Below the pieces are notes generated by a model. That model saw only the letters and a list, made by a program, of their open reading frames with translations. It was not told where the DNA came from and did not search any database. From the NCBI GenBank assembly GCA_040954595.2, contig CM082579.2, positions 10,839,625 through 10,903,624 on the forward strand: a DNA stretch of 64,000 nt, in the 5' to 3' direction. Shown in pieces: positions 41,101 through 52,025 of the stretch. Both the position numbers and the translations under genes were made by a program. This DNA is from Balanoglossus misakiensis (Eukaryota; Animalia; Hemichordata). Every line of letters starts with the position of its first letter. The first letter of the stretch is position 1.

Positions 41101-41834
41101 TCACAACAAAAGACCACTGGCGACTATGAATTTGTTCCATATTTTTGGACAAATACGGTAGGAAATATAAGCTTGGTTAACTGACAAAATAAATTCATAG
41201 TTTTATACCATCATGTGCCACATTTTCCGTTTCCCCCGACTAATTTTGAGGTGGAAATTGACAGAAACATGCTTGTTACGATTTACGGCGAACAGTCAAT
41301 GAAGCCATGCGTTCGCGTAACGCCCAAGTAAAAATGTAAATAAAAATTACTAAAAATCATATAGTCGAAGATTCGCAGCAAAAATCACAAAATTGGTTTG
41401 CCCTTGACCAGAACTATAAAATAAAGTATAAAATGACTGTATACACGAATAACAGGGGTTCCTTTTTGGCAAAAATCCATGCCATACATAATGTCAACAC
41501 AGACCATGTGATCGCATTTTCAAAACACACGTCTGAATTTTCTCGTCTTTTTCGGTGGTGTTGCCCTTCTTAAAAACACGCAAGCAAATGGGATCGCGTA
41601 TTGCAATTATTTTTTTCGTGCTATAAAATGTATTACAACATACATAGAAAATATAAGTATCGGATATGACATGCAAAAACATTAAATTAAATTTACTAGA
41701 AAATACTACGATTCGAACAGCTGACATGTATGCTTTTAAAACCCCTACCTGCACAGTCCGCCGACGGCATCGTGTTGTACGCGATATTCATGCAATCCTT
41801 TGGCTTTTTCCGGATTTCTGACCTGAAACGCCAT
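35117..41834 (-). CDS. TFAP4: Transcription factor AP-4 (bHLH-leucine zipper; Drosophila cropped), 5 exons, 351 aa
   Basis: Exons 41834-41749 (MAFQVRNPEKAKGLHEYRVQHDAVGGLCS), 38008-37849 (QRDQERKIRREIANSNERRRMQSINSGFQSLKTLLPHADGEKLSK), 37059-36853 (AAILQQTSDYIFNLEQDKTRLLQQN..PPKRRK..DEGIGSP), 36133-35993 (LRQQLDRERRLRMLLEEQNRSLEAQLYPEKL), 35578-35117 (RQNLDAIVQAIRHLEG, TGA). The bHLH, both zippers and the TIV-like motif match AP-4; splice phases are consistent. Confidence 0.96.
35626..35826 (+). mobile_element. MITE family A copy in TFAP4 intron 4
   Basis: Same TIRs and interior as the other family A copies. Confidence 0.85.
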
Positions 41835-42697
41835 CACTTGTGAATATACCGTATAGCTGCGTTGTAAATGCGGAAACTGTTATTGGTGTGAAATACCCCA
41901 AATTTTAGATCCTCAGTACCGGCTTCGTATAGTCTAGTAAATGGTGTGCTTTTCTGGCGGGAAACAGCTGGACCGGCACTCAGCTGCGACGACGCATCAC
42001 GGAATTATGCTTCCGCTTTACTACGATGTCTGAAGACGATCTCCAGCGACCGTCGGAAGAAAAAACACGATATTTAATCCCGATTCGAATCCAATGAAAC
42101 GTCAAAATTAAAGAGGAGATTTTAGTTGGTGACAATCATGGACTACTCTAATTAAATCCTGATTGATATTTCAGGAATATTTTTGGCGGATGGATATTTC
42201 ACCATGACTGATGTCTGTTGTCTACAGGATCAGCTGACAGTTGGCATGGCGCGGGAAACAAGCAAATAATGTCAACAGCTGTGTGAAATTCCATTCAATA
42301 AAAGGTTAGGAGAATTTAGTTCAGCTTAGGAAATGGGAGCGTATTTGAAAGCAGTTTAGAATTGCTTTTACCAAAGAAGACCCATTATTTTGATCTTACA
42401 TGATTTCTCCCACAGGAAACGATAAAAAAAATTGCTTTATACGGTGCAACGATTAAAAAAGTGCTTTTCAAGTGTGTTGTAGCATTTGTTTATAATAACA
42501 CTCTCCCATCAATTTTCGGTCAATGACATCAATGAATGGAATGCTCTTGTAGCCAATCAGCACGCTCACATTGTGAAAATTGGGTATTACATCTATAAAT
42601 AACCCCGTAGATCAATTTCAACCTCGCCTTTGATTGGCGCTTGAAAATTCCGCGGGTTTTCACCACGTTGTCAGCTGTTGTTTATTTACATCAGCTG
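41718..42697. promoter_or_regulatory. TFAP4 promoter/5' region with clustered CAGCTG E-boxes, E2F-like sites and CCAAT boxes
   Basis: CAGCTG at 41718, 41965, 41981, 42231, 42276, 42672, 42692. GCGGGAAA-type sites at 41956-41964 and 42248-42258. CCAAT at 42553 and ATTGG at 42633. CpG-rich relative to the CpG-poor gene bodies. Confidence 0.7.
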
Positions 42698-43476
42698 TTA
42701 CACGAAAACGTACAGCTTCCCTCCGCGCGCGATGGGATCCATGGCTCTACGAATTATGGTCAAGACAGGTGTTCTTTTCGTGAACACCTCTTTTCCCTTC
42801 ATTCTTCGTCTTCTTCCAGAAAACCGTTAAGAATATATTATTAAAGTTTTGTTGTCGATCAGTCACAAGTCAGATTTTGTTTCACTTTCACATTCATTGT
42901 GCCATGCAATTGTATTGTCTACCTGTAATCTCAGTCTACAGCACACATATATTAATTTGGACGTAAAACGTTCACTTTTATTTTGTGACATATAATGTTT
43001 GTTTATTTTTTTTATTTTTTATTTATTCAACTTCCACTTCTGTGTCTAATTTAAGGAACTTACTAAAAGTTATTTTTATTGTTAATTCGGGTGATGCCAT
43101 GTGTCACCGTGACGTCACGTAGAGCACTCCCCAATGTGAATATTATTGATCAATGACTCAAAATGTACCTTGGATACTTATATATTAGCCACCAGGATTA
43201 AAAAAAAATCATAAAACTATAAAACTCATAAAACTATAACTCTCCTGGTATTCCAATAAAGTCGGAATAAAACTGACGAGATATGTTCAAATTCTAATGA
43301 AATGTTGATGAATGCTCAACACGCATTTTCTGTTCACTTTCACTTTCACTCGCAGCTACATTGTACTCAAAAGTCTACCCACTTGAATGACGGTGATTGC
43401 AACTGTCGGATGTATTCTTCTATAACTTACGAATCAAATTGTACTCACTCTAGATCTTCCCATCGTGTCCCCAAGT

Positions 43477-43539
43477 CTAGTATCTAGCCGTATTTTGTCC
43501 GCTTGGAAGCAAAGCGGACAAAATACGGCGAGGTACTAG
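43477..43539. repeat. Short hairpin between TFAP4 and GLIS2
   Basis: GCCGTATTTTGTCCGCTT and AAGCGGACAAAATACGGC form a perfect 18-bp stem within CTAGTA...TACTAG. Confidence 0.8.
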
Positions 43540-43879
43540 GCTATCTATCTATGCGCACATGTCATGTATCGATATTATTAAATAAGTTACAAATAAAATG
43601 TGCGTCAAATTATTTATTAATTTATGGAGTCTCATGGAAATCACGTGTGATACTTTACTTTTAGAATTACAATACATGTACTTATCTTTTTGCTATGGTG
43701 ATCACGAATGTAATTCACCTGGAAATGTTTGATATCAATGACAAGCTATGTAATTCATGAGATCGTGGTAGCCAGGTACGAATAAAGCTATCGGCATATT
43801 CTGCCCAGCCCCAGATCCCATGACGCACTTCGATCCAGTCTCACATCTCGACAGAGACCAATTACAGAGACCCCACCTA

Positions 43880-44116
43880 AAGATCTAACGACCAATCAAA
43901 ACTATGTTTGGCATGTTGGGGGTCTTAATTGTATGGCGCACGCGCAGTCTCACTGACTCCATGCTGTCATCCTAGCAGGCAATTTTTCCTCTGGGTTTTC
44001 AGAAAATTTGGGAAAATTGACGAATTTTGACATTTCTAGTGTAATCATCGCGAGTTTGCTTCAACGTTGAGATCGCACCGAGGACAAAGAAGTAGGAGGG
44101 CTTCATATTTTAAGAG
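43880..44116 (+). promoter_or_regulatory. Probable GLIS2 promoter and non-coding first exon
   Basis: CpG-rich patch with CCAAT at 43891 and GCGCACGCGC at about 43936, followed by a donor-like GAG|GTTTGT at 44116/44117. The GLIS2 ATG exon has an acceptor (TTACAG) 4 nt upstream of the ATG, so an upstream exon is likely. Confidence 0.4.
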
Positions 44117-47017
44117 GTTTGTAGCATTTTTGTTCAAATTATTGGATTCTTTTTGTTAATTGACATCGACTGGAATGAAACTCCGAACCATAGCTGCAGT
44201 GCTTTGGAGAGTATATGATTCCACAGCGATGTTGACTCAATAAAACACACAAATGACAGGAAGCATTCAAATTGGCATGGCTTAGGTCAGACTTAGTCCA
44301 GCGCCAATGACCTACCGCGTGACAAAGTGATATGACCACCAGAACTGCATTTTTGAAACCTGATGTGTGCACGTTCATATCATATTCAATATCATTGGCA
44401 GTAAATTTTGAAGAAGGTCTGTCGCCGGTTGCCCTTGACAATGTTATGTACTTGCCGATTGTGCATCTGGAACTCATACTTCCTGTTTATTGCGTAGAAT
44501 TTACCATTCATTTTTGAGCATGCTATAACTTCATAGGATTTAATATCATGGCAATGGTATGATGTATGTGTAAGTTAGGATATGGACGTGAAAAAAACAC
44601 AAAAAGCACTGGTTCAAGTGGTTGGTCCACTGTTCTACAAGAGGCCTGTGTCTAGGTACTATTCAGTAACTATAAAGTATGCAACGATTTGTACTTTTCA
44701 TTGTATTTACATTATTTATGTTTATTACCGTAATCATCATTTCAAGGAAGTGCAGAGGCAGATTAATAGCTTCATTAGAATACGAAATGTACTATGTGGA
44801 GATAATTTGTTACCCCACTGTTTACATTCATATGACGTGACATAGACACATTGTATTTGTCTGTGAAGTAAAGTTAGCTTATCATGTATGAATATATGTT
44901 TTATATATTTAGCAGCAATAACTAGCCTGATGGCCATGTGTTTGCTTCTTTGCTGTTTGTTGTTGTGTTGGGGCCAGTGCAGCAACAACAACAACCAATG
45001 GCAAAGAAGCCATCACATGGCTTATTGGCTAATGATTACATCTGTGGCAGACCAAGTGTACTGTATACCATAAAGGCCTTGTTGCCACAGCTAACTTCTA
45101 CCTATACACTACCAAATTGACACTGCATTGACTATTAAAGATGAGCCGGAATAACTAAAATGTAACTGCAAGTATACAGTGAATGTACTATCTCACTCCA
45201 TACATACATGAGTATGGTATTATGAAAAGACATATTGTTGAAAAAGGTCAGTGACCACATTGTGTTGCAAATAATACTGGCAACACAGTTCCCCATTTGG
45301 GTAAAAACTGTTTGCCTGCATAATTTCAAACACTGACTTTTTCAAACTCCTTGCACCAATACAGAATAGGGGACATTTGCGATACTAGGGATACATGTAC
45401 TGTTACAATAATTATGGTACAGTGTATATGTCTTTACTTTTGAACTTTATAAAGTGATACAATCATACATACAATGATACATGATTACATCTGAAGTTTT
45501 TGTCTATAATCAACTCCCTGTATGATTTACTTGCAATAAATGTGAGCCCATACAGCCAGGTATTACCAGGAGATACAGTCAGTAGCACTATGTTATATAT
45601 ATCATATCAGAAACCGAGGCAGCTGATTGGTATTTATATCCAACTGTGTTGAAACAGTTTAGTCATTCAGTAACCAGTGAGAGACTTGTTTTTGTTGGAT
45701 TGCTGCATAGAAAATGATCTTACTGTTTATAGTGGATACTAATGTCATACAAGTGGCAGCATTACATACATGTGTGTCTCCTTGCAACATACAATTATCT
45801 CAGTGATTACTGAATGAAAAGCTCTATCCTATGACACAGTGTTCTCTGTGACATTCTGGAGTGACTGTCCGATCTCCAGTTACAGTTGTGATATTAGCCC
45901 TTGATTTGCCGAAAATGCATGTGCAGGCCAAAATTAATGGGACGATAAGGGTTTCTCAGAAGTTTGATGGAATCGTTGGATATCGCAACATAGGAAAAGT
46001 TGGATGCATTACAAACTCTTACTTAGCCAGCCCTGCCCAGGATTTTTATCAAGTACAATTGGTAAAAGACCGCCAACTTCAGTGGACATGTTGAAATTTA
46101 ATGAAACTGGAAATGCTACTTAAAATAGGGTTGTGGTGCAATGCTGCTGCATGTGATAAAATCAAAACAGCTGTGGTCTGATGTCCTGCATTTCAGAGTT
46201 CATATATTGTCATTGTCATGCCCCTACACCGACAGATCTGTTTGGTTGTTTCATACCGACTTTTGGATCAGGAATGACAAGTTCTTCTCTGAGAAACAGT
46301 AAACCAACTTTTAACGGGTTACATTTCAAGTTTGGTTCTACCGGTATACATTAAAATGATGTGATGGAAGTACATGATGTGTAAAGCTAAAGGGTGTACC
46401 CAGTAGATCTGGATTTTGCTAGACAGTGTTATAGACTAGTATACATATAACCAGACGTGAAGTTCAGAGAGGATTTTAGAGAAAGTAACTATAAATTTGC
46501 GGGGACAAAATTCCAGATGTTGCACAGTATACACCATGGAGATACAGCATATTGTTTGGAGTGCATTAAACAGTGATCAGTTCTCAAACTTGAAGGTCAT
46601 GAGGTCATGTCAACTATGTGACCTCTTACCTAACCGTATACAGGAAATGGGTGGGGACATCTTTCTGCCAAGTACTGAATGGGAACAGTCATTCAGAGTT
46701 ATTTTGGGGGGGGGGGGGGCAGCTCCTGAATAGTTCTTTGGTTTTACAAAACTAAATTTATCTTGGGTGACCCTTTGATTTAGGGGCCGTGAATAATTAA
46801 AACTTGTGCACAGTAAACAAAAGTTTTGCATTCAGGACCAGAGTGCCATTAAAGTTTCCCCATTCATTTGGAATTACATGTATCAACATTTTCCATTTTC
46901 TGAAATTGTTATTCAGAAAGTTCCATCTTTTTCGGATAGTAAGTAGTCAAAAATTTATAGTGTAACCTATAGAAAGTTAAATGCTATGCATTACTTTTGC
47001 ATAGTCAGGTTTTTTTT

Positions 47018-47258
47018 GTGTTATTCTACATGTGGATATATAGAGAATCTACATTCAACGACACACGACCCGTTTGAGGGATATGAGAGTAAAAATCTCG
47101 CCAAAATGAATAAATGGTAGAGACGGATTGGCGAGTTTTTTTCACTTTCGTGTCTACAATTTGGATGGAAGTTGTGTGTGGTTGAATGTTGATTCACTAT
47201 ATATCCACATGTAGAATTATATAAACAGTGTCTTGTATCAAATATAATTAATGGAAAA
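47018..47258. mobile_element. Family B internal foldback fragment
   Basis: TTATTCTACATGTGGATATATAG...CTATATATCCACATGTAGAATT inverted arms matching family B. Confidence 0.7.
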
Positions 47259-48230
47259 GTTCATAAAGTTCCAATGTTCTTGAATTCTTGAAAGTGAAGC
47301 AAAAACTTACACCTGTTGTCTAGAATGATGGTATGGCAATAATGCTGCAGTTTATGCATTGATAATAGCAATTCAGTATCATGTGAGTTTTGGCATAGAT
47401 GGTAGAGCTCTACTGTCTGTGGTTATTTTAAGGTATAGGGCTTCCCGTACACAATTTCCTGCGGAAGAATATTGGTGTATTTATAGAAAAGGAGGAACAA
47501 ATAGAGAAAAGGATTTTTTTCCATTGAAATTTTTCTGTGAAATAGCAAAGAAAAATCTGGTATTCTTAAATTTGTGAAATGATGTTACCATTGTTTTTTC
47601 TGAGAACTAGAGATCATCCGCAGGTGATGAGTCAGCAGTTTTTTTGACATACTTTTACTGTGGCTAATAGCAACTCTAACAAATATCAATTGCACATATA
47701 ATTTTTTTCATTTAGATCATTGAACAATTTTTTTTTTTCAGAAACCTTTTGTGAAAATATTTTTCAAAAAAATGACAATAATACAAGTACATGTACACTG
47801 TATCTTCTTAATTTCTTCATAATAGATATGGAATGTGGCATGTTCTGACCTCAGATAAAATTTAAATTTTCTGGTATTTTTGTGCTCAGTGTTTGCAAAA
47901 TGATGGTATATTTCAAATATATGCATAGGTTCCTGAATTTTATCGACCTAATCTATCACGAGGGATTGAAATAATAACATTTTCAAGGGCATTATGACTT
48001 TATGACAGGAGGAGAAAATTGACGAGGCATGTAATAATAATCTTGCAAGAATGCTTTCTGTAGATGGTTCATCAAATTTGGTGCAGTAATTGCCTATGTT
48101 AATGCTGGATGGTTCTTTGCGCAGATGTGATGGGCCAAGTGAAAGCGAGCACAAATGACATTGTTAGTTGTGTGTAAAATCAGGCTTTTTTTATTTTCAT
48201 TGAGTTTTCATCTTTGTATGTTACAGATCC

Positions 48231-51200
48231 ATGGAGTCTGAAGTGAAAGGTGATGAAGATGGAAATGGTAGCGTTGACAAGTTGAGAGAGGAACCACTGG
48301 ACTGCACCATCAAACAAATTGAGGGTAATTCAAAATCACCAGGCATTGTTCTCAAGAATGAATCTAACACTGTAATTATTACAAGATCATTTGAGGAAAC
48401 AGGTACTGGGACATCAATTTACAGGGTTCATAGAAGTCATGGAATTTTATTTGAACTTGGAAAGTTCTTGTAAGTCATAAAAAATTTAAATTTTCTCCTG
48501 GGTGGTCCTTGAAAATTGATAATTAAATCCATAATACTAATTATATGCTTGGGTGAGCACTGAAGGTACTGAGCTACTGTAGAGGTGGCCTGTTGACAGG
48601 GATTCTGTTATATGCAGAGTGCTATGTAAAGGGGAGTGGACAGTGCTCAGAAATCAGAATATAGACAGTTTTACAGTTTAGACAGGGTTTGGTTAGGACA
48701 GATTCCACTGTACATGACACATTTTGAATGTAGCTCTTCTGAATTTTTGGGAGTGCAGTGCCCTTGATGCTATTTATTAATCTGTTCATTGAGGTTACTT
48801 TTCAAATAAAAGGTTTGCGAAGAGTACGGTACCATGAATGAAAGAAATACATAGAATCAGTTTATGTTGGAATGTATGGAATGTCTACAGCTTGAGTCAG
48901 TGTCATGTGAGGCTTATTTAAATATTCCAGATAAGGGTACCTGTTAGGTCAGTTGATTGACATAATCCAGGGTCCCAAGTATTGCAATCTGCATTGGTTT
49001 CAAAAACTAACCTAACTTTCCTCAAAAGAAATTGGAAAAGGGCATTTGACACAGTTAATTCATACATTTGAGGCTTTTGCTAAACAATACAATTTGTGGC
49101 ACCCCACATTGATATGTTAACATGTTCACTCATGCCTGTGCTATGTGGTGTATGGCAAATATCAGATGATCATATGCACACATCTGGGTTTTTCACTGCC
49201 AGGTCTGGACTTCTATCTTCATGAATCCTGAAAAGTTAAAAGCAGTACTATTTTCCTCTTGTTCTGTAGGTGTCTTCATGGAGTGTGATGATGTGCATGG
49301 CCAATCAGATGCGTCTACTCTGTTAAACGATGGAAATCAACTCACAACATCAAGTCTATCACGACCTCTGAACTTGTCCACATCTGGCCTGATGGACTCC
49401 CCAGTCGTGTCGGCTGTTCTAGAGCCCCACGGCTTGCTCAACAATAATCTGACCAGTGCATCGGAGAATGAGCAAAACTCTGCCCATGGTTTGCATCATG
49501 TGGATGCTACAGTCATACAGGTGAGATATTGGAGTGTATGGACACTAATCCTTCCAGAGCAAGGTCAAACCATCAGAAGGTGAATGATGCTAGTCTTTCA
49601 GTATGGCTTGTAACAGGCACTGAAGACAGAAAAAAAAACATGATTCAAATTGTGAAGCTTTGTTGTCTCAGATTTGGTCTTGATCTCTGAGACTGGTCGT
49701 GACCACGGAATGCCAAATGCAAAGCATAACTCAGGTCATAGCTGCACATGTATACATACATACACAACATATTTCTCATTATATAGCACCTTCTTATTTA
49801 TAAGCAAGCAGATCAACTTGATGAAGATTTCAATGGAAAACCAAAGGTTTGTATCACATAAACATTTAGTGTCAACAAGAGCAAGAACCAGGGATTAAAT
49901 ATTGCCCCTTTAAGTTTGGCAATAACATTGGTTTAGCCTAATGGATGGCATTGAACTCAAGCACCATATTTATCATTTGCAGTTTCAGACAACAACACAG
50001 GAAGACAATGGTTCCTCGCCAATTACTGGTAGTCAGTCCACAAGCCAACCAGTTTACACCAGAACTATCTTTCACACTGGTCACCTGTCAGACGGACATG
50101 ACGTGACGCTGGACGACAAAGAGCAAGACGGTTTGCAGAAATCCATGGATGATCAACAACAACAACAACAACAGGAACAAGTGGAGCAGGCAGAACTGGC
50201 CGAGATACAGCAGTGCAAGTGGTTGAAATGCTATCAGAAATTTGCCGGCCTCGACGATCTTGTCAATCACGTCAATGACTTTCACATACGCCCAGAGAAG
50301 GACATCGAATATTGTTGTCGATGGGAAGGATGTCCCAGGAAAGGAAAGGGTTTTAATGCTAGGTAAGGCTTTGTGTCACTCTGTGTGAACTGGAATCCCT
50401 CAAAAATCCTGTTATGCAAGGTTATGGAAGGGCACCCTCTTTATGATAAAGGGATATACTGTAAAGCACTTTATTTTTGTGAGCAATAAATTTAAGCGAA
50501 ATACGCGAGAGCCAAATAGCGTGAAAATAAAAAGTCGCGTACATTTTTTTTAAAGATAACGATGCAGTGAATGAAATAAGACAACGCGAAAATTAATATG
50601 AAACAGTGGCCTCTCTCGATATCGCGAAAATTTCAATTCGCGAAAATAAAGTGTTTTACAGTAGTTTGTCCAAAATGAGAATGCTAGAAATATGTTACTG
50701 GCCACAATGAGTGACGTGTAGGTAGTGTATGAGTTTCAACAGGTCACTTGAATTCATAATTCATATTGAGGAGATTTATTGCCTTACAGGTATAAGATGC
50801 TGATCCATGTACGGACTCACACTAATGAAAAGCCCCATCGCTGTCCACAGTGCAATAAGTGTTTTTCGCGGTTGGAGAACTTGAAGATCCACACAAGGTC
50901 ACATACAGGTACGTTCCTCTTGTGAATTTTGTGAAATCATTCCAGTTAATTTACGATCAAATGTAACTAATTTCAATGAGAATGCTGGTACAAGGCTTAA
51001 GGAAAAATCAAAGTAAGTATAATAGAATGCAAAAAAATACAAATGATTAATTAGATATATTCTGAAATGTTCACAGTCCGGGGATTTTTGTGAATATTTT
51101 TCATTACCTTGATGGCAAATGTGGTTGTCATATGCATTCATTCACAAATTTGTGTGAATATTTATAAACCAAAGTGTTTTACAGTAGTACAGTTTCATGG

Positions 51201-52025
51201 AGAAAATTCTTGCATGCAATTATTGTTCCCATGATGAATTAATGCAAAGAAATCTTCCTTTTTTGTCCAGGTGAGAAACCCTATATTTGCCCAGTTGATG
51301 GTTGCAATAAGAGATACTCCAATTCAAGCGATCGCTTCAAACACACCAGGACTCATTTTGTTGAGAAACCCTATTACTGTAAAGTGATTGGTTGTAATAA
51401 GAGGTACACAGATCCCAGCTCTTTGAGGAAACACATCAAAACAAACGGACATTATGTGAGTCGTGATCAACTTCAGATTCAGCTGCAGCTACAACAACAG
51501 CAAACTCAACAGTCAAACGAAACTCAACAAAAACTCTCTCCTACGACAACGCAAAGTACAACCCCATCGAATGTGATCGCCGTCGGGACTGGTAGCCCTA
51601 CTACAACCACCGGCATCAACACAGTTTCCGTCACCCAGTCCACACCCACTGCCTTGCCAGCCACCCTGCAGTCGACATTCCCAGAGGGGGTGGCGATGTA
51701 TCCTGTAATTGGTGCTCCGGGAGGCGTCATGATCCTACAAGCCGTGCCTACGTCCATGTCCGCCCCAGTCTTGCCGGTGCACCTTGCGTCCAACCCCCTC
51801 CTGTCGTCAACAATAGTGACACTTCCAATCACAACACCCAGTATATCGTCGAACACTGACAGTATTATAACGTCGTCGGCCATCTCCAGCAAGATTCTGC
51901 TGACAGACTCCAAATCAGAGAATTCATCGGACCACACGTGCATGTCACTTCCCACTGTCACGGTAACGTCAGATCAAATCGTTCCAGATTCGGGAGATAG
52001 TGGCAGTGTCGCAACACATGGGTGA
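48231..52025 (+). CDS. GLIS2: GLIS family zinc finger 2 (five Gli-like C2H2 fingers), 5 coding exons, ~558 aa
   Basis: Exons 48231-48402, 49270-49520, 49983 (or 49989)-50362, 50790-50908, 51271-52025 (TGA). The finger array [127 protein letters not shown] carries the GLIS2-type [10 protein letters not shown] and SDRFKH signatures. AATAAA at 53754. N-terminal exons are less certain than the finger exons. Confidence 0.93.
50457..50663 (-). mobile_element. MITE family A copy in GLIS2 intron, reverse orientation
   Basis: TACTGTAAAGCACTTTATTTT...AAAATAAAGTGTTTTACAGTA; interior matches the 8308 copy. Confidence 0.85.

Noticed and set aside
51524-51961. 145-aa minus-strand ORF
   Set aside because: Antisense shadow of the low-complexity Ser/Thr-rich GLIS2 exon.
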